A stretch of 64,000 bases of DNA from Octopus sinensis (taxonomy: Eukaryota). Positions 1 through 11,120 of the stretch are shown here, in pieces. Positions within the stretch are counted from its first letter, which is position 1. Every line of letters begins with the position of its first letter. A program made the translations under genes and the position numbers. The notes below the pieces were generated by a model, which saw nothing but the letters and a program-made list of their open reading frames with translations, had not been told where the DNA came from and made no database searches. The DNA is taken from positions 171,678,001 through 171,742,000 of the forward strand of contig NC_042999.1 of NCBI RefSeq assembly GCF_006345805.1, given 5' to 3'.

Positions 1-29
1 GCAAGATGCAACGAAAATTTTAGGAAAAT

Positions 30-127
30 AAAAATAATAAGCGGTAATTTTACCGGTGAGTGTGTTAAATTATAAGGCCCCAAAAGAATATGACTCTCCC
101 CAGACACAACAGTATATGTATATATAT

Positions 128-163
<36 letters not shown>

Positions 164-180
164 ACACACACATATATATA

Positions 181-219
<39 letters not shown>

Positions 220-500
220 GATATGTTTAGTCCACTGGTGATCTAGAGGAATAGGTACACTGAGTAAGTGATATAATTGCTTATATGCTAGGTTCAATTT
301 CACAGCTGAGGCTGGAGCTAGGGATCTGTATTAGGCTTCCGTACCTTATAAGAGCCTATACCTTCACGGATGTGCGGACCAATTTCCATATCATTTGTAA
401 AAAGATGAACTGTGATCTTTATTCCCCGGTCAGTGTTCTTGTATCTACTTTTACTCTTTATTCTCCTATTTTATTCCTTATAAACTATGAATTTCTCTGT
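30..500. repeat. Unclassified interspersed repeat(s) split by a (CA)n/(TA)n tract at 116-220
   Basis: 62-113 resembles 32185-32238 (gtgttaaa..gactctccccagacacaac); 228-290 resembles 5278-5315 (gtttagt.cac.ggtgatcta..tatgctaggt). Confidence 0.5.
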
Positions 501-792
501 TTAGAAGTTGACTAGAACTTCTCGTCCTGCCTTAGTTCTTTTTTGTCATTTTCCTCTAACACACACACATACACACACATGCTTACTACTTTAGTTATAT
601 TTTGACTGTCGCCGTCTACTCTTAATCTATGTTTTGGAGAGTGTTCGTAAAATATTATCTTCCCCACATCTCTTTCCGTCTGTCTGTCTGTCTGTTTTTC
701 TCTCTCTTTCTCTCTCACTTGTTCTAGCAAAGGTAGACACGCGAATATTGAAGCGGGCACATAACTTACATATCATTGTACATATATATAGA

Positions 793-1223
793 TGTTAGTT
801 AGTTAGTTAGTTAGTTAATTTGGCTCAAAAGCAAATAGCAAGGCCATGTAGGGGGACATGGAGTTAAGTACAGGGTGGTGTTCATGTAAAGAGTTCAGGC
901 CACTTGAGGTCCAGGGAGGCTTTGAACAAAGCGGTCGTCGGCATCTTCACCATCTCGTCTGGCAGCTTGTTCCACGGATCCACAACCCGGACGGAGAAAG
1001 CTTCTCTCCTTCGATTGAGATGAAATCGTCGCAGGTAGAGCTTTTCGGAATGACCCCGCAGCCGACGCTCCGGGGCAGGAGTGAAGAACAGCTCTTTCGA
1101 GAGGTTACACTTCCCGCTTATGATGTTGTGGGCGAGAATGAGATCACCACAGCGGCGGCGTTTTTCAAGAGAATAAAGGTCGAGCGTCCTCAGCCTTTCT
1201 TCGTAGGACAAATTTTTGAGACC

Positions 1224-1226
<3 letters not shown>
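793..1226 (-). mobile_element. 5'-truncated CR1/L2-type LINE 3' end with (TAAC)n tail
   Basis: Open frame [42 protein letters not shown] (CR1-type C-terminus); near-identical to 41977-42403; abuts a (TG)n/(TA)n tract. Confidence 0.92.
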
Positions 1227-1264
<38 letters not shown>

Positions 1265-1274
1265 CACACACACT

Positions 1275-1376
<102 letters not shown>

Positions 1377-2934
1377 CACAAACTGATAGGGTCGCAGATA
1401 GAATGCAATAGATAAATAGAGAGCTAGGTATAGAATGAATACGTAAGATGAGTATAGAGGGAGAAATGTAGTTGGAGAGCTAATAGCGATGCGGTGCGAA
1501 GTCAAAATTTCGATCAATAAATTGAGGTGCATGATTTCATAAAAATTCTATTATGGTAACCAAATATTGTTTCCAAATTGTACTGGTTGCAATAACTTAT
1601 GCGTTATTGACATACAATTGCTAATAATTTACTACAGGAAGACATGAGAATGCGTGACATCCATAACTTTCTAAACGCTATTACCGTTGAAACTGAAATG
1701 TACACACTTTACTGCCAAGGAACGAATATATCTATAGATGAATTCATCGCTGCAACATGTGCCTCTATGCTTCTGACGAAGCCAACGCAATAAGTTTTAA
1801 ATATTTATTGAACTTTTATTTATTGAAGTATTGAACTTTTATTTATTGAAGTATTAACAGCAAAATCTTTTTCAAATTACAATCTAGCGTGTCAAATAAT
1901 GAAATAATACTTGCAATGTAAGTACCAGAGATAAGGATATACGTGCTGGTTATATTCGAAAAGCGTATTATCAGATACACGTTTGACAAGGATTAGCTTT
2001 ATGTTAAACAGCAACCCTATCTATAGAAACAAGATATCAAATATATCATACAAATATCTGTATCAGAGCAGAATGACTTTTGACTATAAGATTGAAAAAA
2101 AAAAAAAAATTTCGAACTTGATCGTATCTTTTCCATAAACTTCCAAGTAGTAACTAACAAATCGAAAAGCTAAAAGTAAATTAGAGCTTGAATTAAACCT
2201 ACCGAAACCTCTAGATTATACGCGTGAATGAATCAGTATATTTACCAAGTTTTATGTAACTTTTCAAATATAATGAAATAGGTTCATTTAAAAACTTCAC
2301 CATACTGTGTGCATGATGTTTGGAATCACATATCCATGGACCATCTTATTTGCTGTATAAACCAACAGGTCTTCGACCCTATTCCCTGCAATCCATTTCT
2401 AAACAATGTACAAAATACTTATCCAAAACAACACAAAATATTACAACGTATAATATATGTCATGTCGCAACCACCATTTTTCTTTGGCTACAGCTAAGCA
2501 AGGACATCAACCAATGGAAGAGAATCAACATGAACATTTACATATAAACAGACACACACATAGATATGCATATCTAAATGCATTGTATATCAAACAAAAT
2601 TTTGAATTTAATTCATCAAATTTTGATTTAATTTATTAAAAAATGATTTCAAAATCCGTTAATTACATTCATTCTTTGCTTTCATTTCATTCAATTTTAT
2701 TTCATTTGTGCTCTTTTCGTAATATAGACGCAAATGAGCAACTTTTTCCTTTTATTCCTCTAGTATGAAAATCATATGAGTCAATTTTTCACAGACAGTT
2801 AATATCGTTTTGCTATTTTCTTCCTAATATCCCAAATAGGTTTTCCACACCGATCTAAATATGTCCTCCCCACCACCAATACTTCTCAAATTAAGGCCTG
2901 TATTACTATAATTGATATTTTTATACTTTATATT

Positions 2935-3125
2935 GTCGAGGAGGCGAGCTGGCACGCCGTGCAAAATGCGGAGCAGTATTTCGTCCGTATTCCCGTTCTG
3001 AATTCAAATCCCGCCGAGCTTGACTTTTCTTTTCCGTGTCGGTAGAATAGGTACCAGTTGAATACTGGATTCGATGTAATCGACTTAACCCTACCCTAAA
3101 ATTGTTGGCGTTGTAGCAAGACCTT
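2935..3125 (+). mobile_element. tRNA-derived SINE, family A (degenerate)
   Basis: ggcgagctggc head, B-box-like gaattcaaatcc, gtaccagttg..ctgg body shared with 52622-52835. Confidence 0.75.
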
Positions 3126-3954
3126 TGCTTGTAGCCTTAATTTTTTTTTCTTGCCAATATTTATTTGCCTTCAATTCTATGATTGAAATAATTAAACTAA
3201 TAACTCCCTCCACCGGTATCATTCTTTTGATTCGCTACCGTGCTTTATTTAATATTTACTCTACCTTGAATAATGTTCATTCTTCGCTGTTTTTTAAGGT
3301 ATTTGGTAACTGTTTTAGAACCCTGCATACTTTTTCATGCATGAATTCTAATCAATCGTCTAACTATTGACCAACTAATTATTTTGTTAACATGTCGAAT
3401 GATTGATTCACTTTGTTTAGAATTAGATCTATTCATTCATGTTCCTTTCTTATTGCCTTACCACTTTATAAATGGAAATCTATGCACACAATATCGAATA
3501 TTTCTGTTATCATTTTTAACCATTTTTAACTACATTTTTATAGGCTGATCTGGGTTTACGCCAAAATATTGTATAATGTTGCATAATCATTAAGTGGAGA
3601 CATGCTAAACACTAGACACTTTTTCACACATGTATCAAACTAATATTTGGTAAGTGCCTTATTAAACCATCACTAAGTAAATACAACGTTTAAGTAATTT
3701 CTGACACATAATCGTTTATATTAAATGTTGTTCGAAGAGGAATGGTACTGATACACTTGTAATGATGCTGCATTGATAACGTCGTTTGATTTTTAGTCAG
3801 TGCCTGCATCGTTAGAAACTTGCTTCTCAACCACATGGTTCCAGGTCCAGTCTCTCTGGCAAAGAATATATATAGCAGTTTTATGTTTAAGAGATGAGGA
3901 AATATGTACCTTATTTACATTCGACTGATATTTGTCCTCGTGTTGTTTGTTGTT

Positions 3955-4000
3955 AACACAACGTTTCGGCTCATACATCCTCCAGACTTCATCAAGTGTC
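3955..4000 (-). ncRNA. Degenerate minimal type-I hammerhead ribozyme in PLE pLTR
   Basis: Minus strand gacac-TTGATGA-a-gtctg..agcc-GAAA-CGTT-gtgtt; C3 and helix II mutated. Confidence 0.55.
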
Positions 4001-4057
4001 TTGGGGAAATTTCGAACCTGGTTTCTCATTCCTAACGTATTATTCGAAATTATTGTG

Positions 4058-4105
<48 letters not shown>

Positions 4106-4147
4106 GTAAGCAGGTCACTGCCTGGAATCGAACTCGGAATCTTGGAG

Positions 4148-4900
4148 TTAGTAGCCCGTGCTCTTAACCACTACGCTATATGCCCGTGGGTAATTATGGA
4201 GTGAATTTTTAGGATTTTTACTATCCTTCCTTAATACCGATTCCCATATGTTATTCATATCTGCACTCCGTCTGCTTAGGAGTTTGTTGTTTCCTAGCAT
4301 ATGTACTGCTTCTTCTAGTTTCCGTATTTTCCAGTGGTGCTCTTTGTCTATTATTTTAACTTCATCGCTCAGGGATAGGTAGTCCCCATTTTTCCATACA
4401 TGATCAGCTATACCCGACTTATCAATATCTCCTCGTGTAACATATTTGCGATGTTCCTCTACCGTTATTTTGAGGGGGCGGCATGTTTCGCCTTTGTATA
4501 ACCTCCCACGGTTACATGGGATGGAGTACACACAGTTTTGAATCATATTCTCTTCTATTGGTGGTTTTACTCGGAGATATTTGCGAAGTGTTGTATTACT
4601 CTTGAATACTGTTCTGATGTCATATGGACCGTATATCTTTTGTATCTTTTCGGAGAAGCCTTTCACATAGGGTAGACAGAATGTAGACAGTTTATTGGTT
4701 TCATCCCCTCTTTTCTTCATAATTGGAGTAGATGGTATGTTTTTGGGGTAGTTGTTGCATAATAGATTGTTACTGAGCTTGATCATTTCTTAGTGGTGGG
4801 TATCACGAACGCTGCTTATATTCTTTGCTCGATGTTTTAGACATTGAGCAATCACTCTCTTTACACTGTATGGATGGTGGAAAGACAGGGAACCATTAGA
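4148..4900 (-). pseudogene. PLE ORF remnant: RT thumb end plus GIY-YIG endonuclease
   Basis: HHPYSVKRVIAQCLKHRA, LPYVKGFSEKI, CVYSIPCNRGRLYKGETCRPLKITVEEH, HHWKIRKLEEA; internal stop near 4790. Confidence 0.88.
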
Positions 4901-4928
4901 TTTATAAGCCCTAAAAATTCACACCACG

Positions 4929-5001
4929 AGCATATGGCGTAGTGGTTAAGAGCACGGGCTGTTAATCCCAAGATTCCGAGTTTGATTCCAAATAGTGACC
5001 T
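4929..5001 (+). other. tRNA-derived segment (Pol III A/B boxes) inside PLE pLTR; second copy at 4112-4185 (-)
   Basis: A-box TGGCGTAGTGG, anticodon-like loop CTGTTAA, B-box GAGTTTGATTCC (GTTCGATTCC in the other copy); acceptor stem does not pair. Confidence 0.75.
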
Positions 5002-5003
5002 GC

Positions 5004-5058
<55 letters not shown>

Positions 5059-5135
5059 TAATAATGATGATGATGATGATGATAATAATAATAATAATAA
5101 TAACAATAATAATAACATGTCCAAAATTTCCCTAA

Positions 5136-5181
5136 GACACCTGAGGAAGGCTGGAGAGTATATCAGCCGAAACGTTATGTT
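5136..5181 (+). ncRNA. Minimal type-I hammerhead ribozyme in inverted pLTR
   Basis: gacac-CTGAGGA-A-GGCTG-gagagtatat-CAGCC-GAAA-CGTT-atgtt; palindromic ACGT helix III. Confidence 0.7.
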
Positions 5182-5232
5182 AACATCAAACAAGATGAGG
5201 ACAAATATCCGTGAAATGTAAATAATGTAAGA

Positions 5233-5267
<35 letters not shown>

Positions 5268-5269
5268 AA

Positions 5270-5500
5270 CTATGGGAGTTTAGTTCACAGGTGATCTAAG
5301 TGATTATGTATGCTAGGTAAGTGCTGTAACGGATTACTGGGGCCCCAAGGTTATAGCCGAGAAGGTAGTTAATATATATACCATTCTTATTTCCTCTATT
5401 TTCCCCTCTGATAACTGATCCCATACTCGGGGATATCCAAGAAACAGCTGTCAGACTTGAATTTTTTACCAATAATAATATTGTATACGACTTTCCTTAA
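5270..5500 (+). mobile_element. Short TA-flanked repeat with degenerate HHR-like motif
   Basis: CTGATAA at 5408, gatccc/gggat stem, GAAACAGCTGTC at 5441 (palindrome ACAGCTGT then C). Confidence 0.45.
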
Positions 5501-5591
5501 CAATTGTCCTCTTTAACAATTATAATTATATATACATACATACATATATACATACACATATATAAATATGTATATATATATATATATATAT

Positions 5592-5795
5592 ATGTTGATT
5601 CGTTAGCTACTGCACGCATTTTTTTCTCTCCTTCTTTCTGTGTTTTTCTCTCTCTGTGTATCTTTCTGTTGAAGAGCGTAGGCTCGAAACGTTAAAGACT
5701 TGTTTTATTTATATTTCCTGAGCGCCATACTAATACAATTGTTCGTTTGTTTTCCACCTGCCTTCGTCTTTTGTTTATTTTCATAAAGCTTCCCG
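5592..5795 (+). mobile_element. About 200-bp HHR-bearing non-autonomous element; same family as 55330-55545
   Basis: tcttt-CTGTTGA-A-GAGC-gtag-GCTC-GAAA-CGTT-aaaga at 5661-5698; flanked by (TA)n. Confidence 0.7.
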
Positions 5796-5829
<34 letters not shown>

Positions 5830-5833
<4 letters not shown>

Positions 5834-6040
5834 GACCGTGTGTGTACCGTTGGCGATTCTGTTTCCTCCGCCTTCCCTTCTTTGGATCTTTCCTTTTCCT
5901 ATGTTTCTGAAGAAGAGCTCCGCTCGAAAAGTTAAACCCTCCTTCTTTCCTTCTTTCCTGAGTGTCCAATAATACTGTACTTGTTCCACGTCCTCGCGTT
6001 GTTGCGTTTTCTCTTTGTGTTTTCATGTCTGGATTAACTT
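5830..6040 (+). mobile_element. About 200-bp HHR-bearing element, related family
   Basis: gttt-CTGAAGA-A-GAGC-tcc-GCTC-GAAA-AGTT-aaac at 5903-5937; flanked by (TA)n. Confidence 0.65.
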
Positions 6041-8739
6041 TATATATATGTATATATAAATGTTACACTAAAAGGACACAGATACTACAATTGCTATGTA
6101 TTGCATTCAACACAAAGAATCAACGCAAAGATGCAATTCAGTTATGACATTCATAATATCTGATGTATAATAGTGAAATTCAAAGAGGAATTTTAAAATA
6201 ATAATTGAAAATCTATACCTATAGTGGTAATAATCATACACCGCCATCACAAAGATTCAAGGCTGGCAAAAATTATCAAAAGCTTATACAAAAAAACAGC
6301 CTCAGTATCTATCGATTAATAGTGTCAGTCACAGTGCTGATATGTTTTCCACGTAAATACCTTAGATGTCCACTGCAAAATTATGCTCTATTGATTTTTT
6401 TATTTGCCTCTCTAGTACTACTTTCCCAAATTACACTAATGTTACTAAATGTAAATGCGTATATTAAATCAACTAATTCTGTATATAATATATGAAAAAC
6501 AATGAAGGATGTATCATGATTTGAATGTCAATTGAAACACATCAACATTCCGTGGTGAATAATTTTTCGGATCATCAGAATATGGTAGAAATAGTTCTCT
6601 GGATGAATCAAACACTAAATCCGGAAAAATAGCGTTGAATTTCCCAAATGCACAAAAACAAACTACAGTAAGTACATCACTTCTGTTTCTGTGGGGAATA
6701 TACCAGAAAAAGCTGACCCGCATATTATAACTGTCTGAGACCGAAATGAATGCAGAAAAAGCATTAAATTCTAGAAGTCCACTAAATTTTAAGCATAATC
6801 ACATTTTATACAAATGTCATACCTATAGATCATTCACAGGAAGAAATAAAACTACTGAAAGCAAAAGACTATAATATTGATATGAGAGTGGGACTCTTTG
6901 TATCAGTAGAAACCTTGTCATGACAACTCGATAAAAGTTGTTATTACTTCTGCTCCTATTTTGTTATCATTAATGCTGTTGATCATCAGTGAAAGGCAAC
7001 AAAATATTCGGCAGAATAGCAACAGTGAAAGAACTAATTATTGTAGCTTAAATCAAACAGTTGATACTTCTTTGGAAGAAGAGAAAGGCGAAGTGACAAA
7101 GACGAGACGCTTAATTAGAAGAGATGAGCAGAAGAAAATATGAAGTAGAAGGAATGTGAGAAGAGAGTGAAAGGTGCAAGAATGAGTAGAGGAAAGAGAG
7201 ACTAAGAGGAAACTTTTGATGATGATAATGTTGAAGAAGAAGAAGGAGAAGAAATGAATGAAGAAAACGAATGTAAAAGGCAGCCTAATGAAGGATATGA
7301 GGGGATAAAAAGAAGAACGACGAGAATATAAGTATGACGTAGGAAACTGTATTTCAAATTGTTGTGCCGCAGATTTCACAATTAAATTATTGATTATGTT
7401 ACCCTTATTCCACGGCTTGTCTTTCCCTTTTGTTTTACTTCAGATATTTTTACTCTGTATTTTAAATGTAGAAGCCTTCGATAGTGCTATAAAGTACGTA
7501 GAAAGAAGACGAAAATTTGAATACGAAAGAAATGGTTGAAAAAGCATGTTGATGATCGTGATCTTAATAAGGATCGCACTGAATAGGAGGACGAGGAGGA
7601 AGATGTGAAAGAGAAGGGTACGGATGGGGAAGGGTGATTAAGATGATAAAGATGAGGATTGTTATGTTGAAGATGCTGATCGCATCGTGCACAATAAATG
7701 GGGCTCAATTATTTATTTAATGCATAAATAATGATATCCGAAGCAAACTGTGGCGGAACGCAAACTCAAATCGCAAACAGATAGATATGAGCATCGGAAA
7801 TGTTTTGCCCAATGCTTTTCCTAATAATATCAATGAACTACCTATTTCTCTAATCTGTGATTAGTATTAAATTACATAATTTTCAAACGATTGGTTACGT
7901 TGACATTTGCTACCGAGTGGAATCACTAAAGTGTAATATCTCTATATCGTTCTGAAACTTAATGCAAATTTATAGCGATATACATCAACATATACACACA
8001 TGTACATACAAACACGTAACATTTTTATGGTGTCCAACAGCACATGTTGTTCAAAGTGTGTAAGAAGTGCAACATTAAAAATTAGTTTCTAAGATTGTTT
8101 ATTCCATCTGAATACGGTTAACAGGAAATTGATGGTAGTGGGGAAATAATACAAGTAAAAATGACATCTGATAAAATACGTAAGTTTTAATCTCTTTTGC
8201 CATCATATTTCTTTCCCTTCTTGAATTTCCAACAGGCTTCCTTGTTGAAAGCATTGTCAGAAAACTATCAAGGAGCTCTGTTATAGTGTAGTTCATGGAC
8301 GAGTTTGAAATCAATTTAAATGTTTACAGATGGTGAATTATATCATTTCCTTTACAGTTCTATCACTGTTATTAAAAAATACACTCCACAGCTTAAATTA
8401 TATCATTTTCTCAACATTGTAACAAAACTATCACAAACACATGTATATATACTTCCTCACATAGTTATACAAATATATACACACATATATATATATATTT
8501 GCGTAATTATTCAAACTTATGGATTTTTAAGTGTAATAAGTACTCGATGACAGTTTCTATAAAGAACCCAAAAACTTTCATTATCAATACAATATTGTCA
8601 TGTCATCTCTTATGGAAAGTCTTGGAATTAAATGCATGTCATCTACGGATTTTCATCGTCTGATAAGTGTAAATATCCCTACGTTATCGAGGATGGTCTA
8701 TGAATTTTCAGGGCATGAATAAGACTAATTTGAAAAGTA

Positions 8740-9070
8740 GTAATAGTAATAATAATAATAATAACAACAGCAACAACCACAACAACAACAACAACAACAG
8801 CAATAATAAAAACAATAATATAACAATAATAATAATAATAGTAATAGTAATAATAATAATAAAAATAGTAATAGTAATAGTAATAATAATAATAAAAATA
8901 GTAATTGTAATAGTAATAATAATAATAATAACAACAACAACAACAACCACAACAATAACAACAAAAAGAAGAACAATAATAATAATAGTAATATCAATAG
9001 TAATAATAATAGTACTACTACTACTACTACTTCTACTACTACTACTACTACTAATAATAATAATAATAAA
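8740..9070. repeat. Compound trinucleotide microsatellite (AAT/AAC/AGT/ACT)
   Basis: Direct inspection. Confidence 0.95.
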
Positions 9071-9525
9071 AGGATGTGTTTATTAATTAACATGAGTATT
9101 CCCTGTGATCACAATATAGCGGCGAAAGAATTTGACAAGATTAGTAAATATAAAGACTTGCTAATAGAAATTGAAACAATGTGGTATCTCAAGGCGACTA
9201 CAGTACCAGTGATTGTAGAATCTCTAGGAATGATAAAAAAAAAGGTACTGAAACCTATTTGAAAATGATTCCAGCCTTACCATCCTTACAGGAAGTGCAA
9301 AAATTCGTATTAACTGGAACGGTTCATGTACTGAGAAGAGCACTATCGCTGTGAAAATAACATCCATCCATGAATTTATTTATTTATTAATTTTTAAATA
9401 CATATTTTATCTGTGAATTTGCGCGTGTAATCTGGGAATGCATACAATGCCCTTCTCTGCCCTAGGTGTATGGAAGACACTCGGCGAGAAACGGAAGAAA
9501 ATTTGAAGAAAGAAGGAAAAAACAT
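9070..9525 (+). mobile_element. R4/Dong-like LINE 3' fragment (RLE domain plus 3'UTR); same family as the 12.5-kb element
   Basis: CLLINMSIPCDHNIAAKEFDKISKYKDLLIEIE; aligns with about 16000-16445; followed by (TAA)n. Confidence 0.88.
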
Positions 9526-9549
9526 AATAATAATAATAATAATGATAAT

Positions 9550-10445
9550 AAAAGTTGCCGAAACACAATGAGTGACTCTTGCTGCACAGGACCAATGCCT
9601 GATTACAAGCAATTATAAAAACAAAATATTGAAAGCAGGCCTCAACACCTGTGTATATATATATATATATATACAGAGACGACAAAACAAAAAGTTATAT
9701 TCACTGGACAATATGCGATCATTTCAACGTCAAAACTGACAACAGGCGGTATAAGCATGTGCCAAGTCAGGTACAAGACATCAACCTGGCTGCAGTCACA
9801 TGGGATATACCGGTTGAAACCGACAAAGAAGTAAGAGCTAATCGCCCGGGTATAATAGCGAAGAAATAGTGAAAAACACCTACTTACCTATAGACATTGC
9901 AGTCCCTTCTGATCAAAATTTAGTCAAAAACGAAATAGAGAAATTGTCAAAGTAAAATGACCTCGAAATTGAAGTACTCAAAATGTGGACATAAAGGTAA
10001 AAACAATACCAATAATAATCGGAGCATTGGGCATGATAAAAGAACATATGAACAAAACTTAGAAGCTACACCTGGATTCTCAACGCTACACACTGACCAA
10101 AAAGTAGCTCTGCTGTGAACAGCCTATATCCTACGCAAGACACTATCAATTCAATAATATAACCTAAACAAAGCAACCCACAATACCAGAGACACTCTAT
10201 ACAGCAATTACCCAGTGATAAAAACTTCCACAGGCAATCCAGAACACCAAACAATTACACACTCAATACACAATACAAGCACCAGACCTCAAGAAAAAGA
10301 AAATGACACAATACTGTACTGGAAAGAGTTGGTACAACCCAACAGCAGAAGAAAAAACACAATGCTTCATACACACCAGCAACACGGAGATGTAACAGGT
10401 GATGCAATATAAGTTCGCCTCAGTCTACCAAATATTGAACAGTTA
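9550..10445 (+). mobile_element. R4/Dong-like LINE 3' fragment, second subfamily, with a (TA)n interruption
   Basis: LAAQDQCLIT, IHWTIC, WDIPVETDKEVRANRPGI, ILRKTLSIQ* motifs; TAA tail. Confidence 0.82.
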
Positions 10446-10455
10446 TATAATAATG

Positions 10456-10495
<40 letters not shown>

Positions 10496-10519
10496 TAATA
10501 ATAATAATAATAATAATAA

Positions 10520-11098
10520 GCACGAGTTGGAACCTACATACATTGGAAGCTATGCCAACATTATGGAATAACAACAGAAAAAAGATGGTATAGGCACACA
10601 CCAGAAAAGGTCACAGAAAACGAGAAAGCAACCATACTCTGGGATATGCCGATACACACAGATAGAGAAATTAAGGCCAACAGACCAGATATAGTTGTCA
10701 GAGATCATGAAGAAAAAAAATGCTTTCTAATTGATGTATCAATACCGGCAGATGACAACGTGTCTCTAAAAGAAATGGAGAAACTCTCAAAATACAAAGA
10801 CCTGGAAATAGAGATAACTAGAATGTGGAACCTGAAAACAGAAACAATTCCTATCATAGTAGGTGCATTAGGCATGATAAAAAAATATTCAGACAAATAC
10901 ATAACAAAAACACCAGGACTTACAAACACATATAACATACAGAAAATTGCACTACTAGGCACTGCACACATCCTACGCAGAACACTTTCCATACAATAAC
11001 CATCAGAGCATCACAACAAATCACAGCACATACCCAAGGCACACAGAGCTGCGCTCGGTAGTGAAGTGAAAGCACGCTATAAAAATAAAACTACTGAA
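10520..11098 (+). mobile_element. R4/Dong-like LINE 3' fragment, third subfamily
   Basis: ORF 10646-10999 KANRPDIVVRD..FLIDVSIP..KLSKYKDL (RLE PD..D motif); near-identical to 23624-23792 and 63332-64000. Confidence 0.92.
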
Positions 11099-11120
11099 TA
11101 ATAATAATAATAATAATAAT

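Larger units (their letters stand above)
3900..5235 (-). mobile_element. Penelope-like element, 5'-truncated, with inverted terminal repeat (pLTR)
   Basis: GIY-YIG ORF on minus strand; 3900-4220 is the reverse complement of 4910-5230. Confidence 0.9.

Noticed and set aside
1638-1793. 51-codon open frame after a possible acceptor (EDMRMRDIHNFL..KPTQ*)
   Set aside because: Weak polypyrimidine tract, no recognisable homology; this length is attainable by chance
4112-4185. Possible tRNA gene (also 4929-5001 and the SINE heads)
   Set aside because: Acceptor stem does not pair, the anticodon differs between copies (ACT vs GTT), and it is embedded in repeats; tRNA-derived, not a tRNA gene
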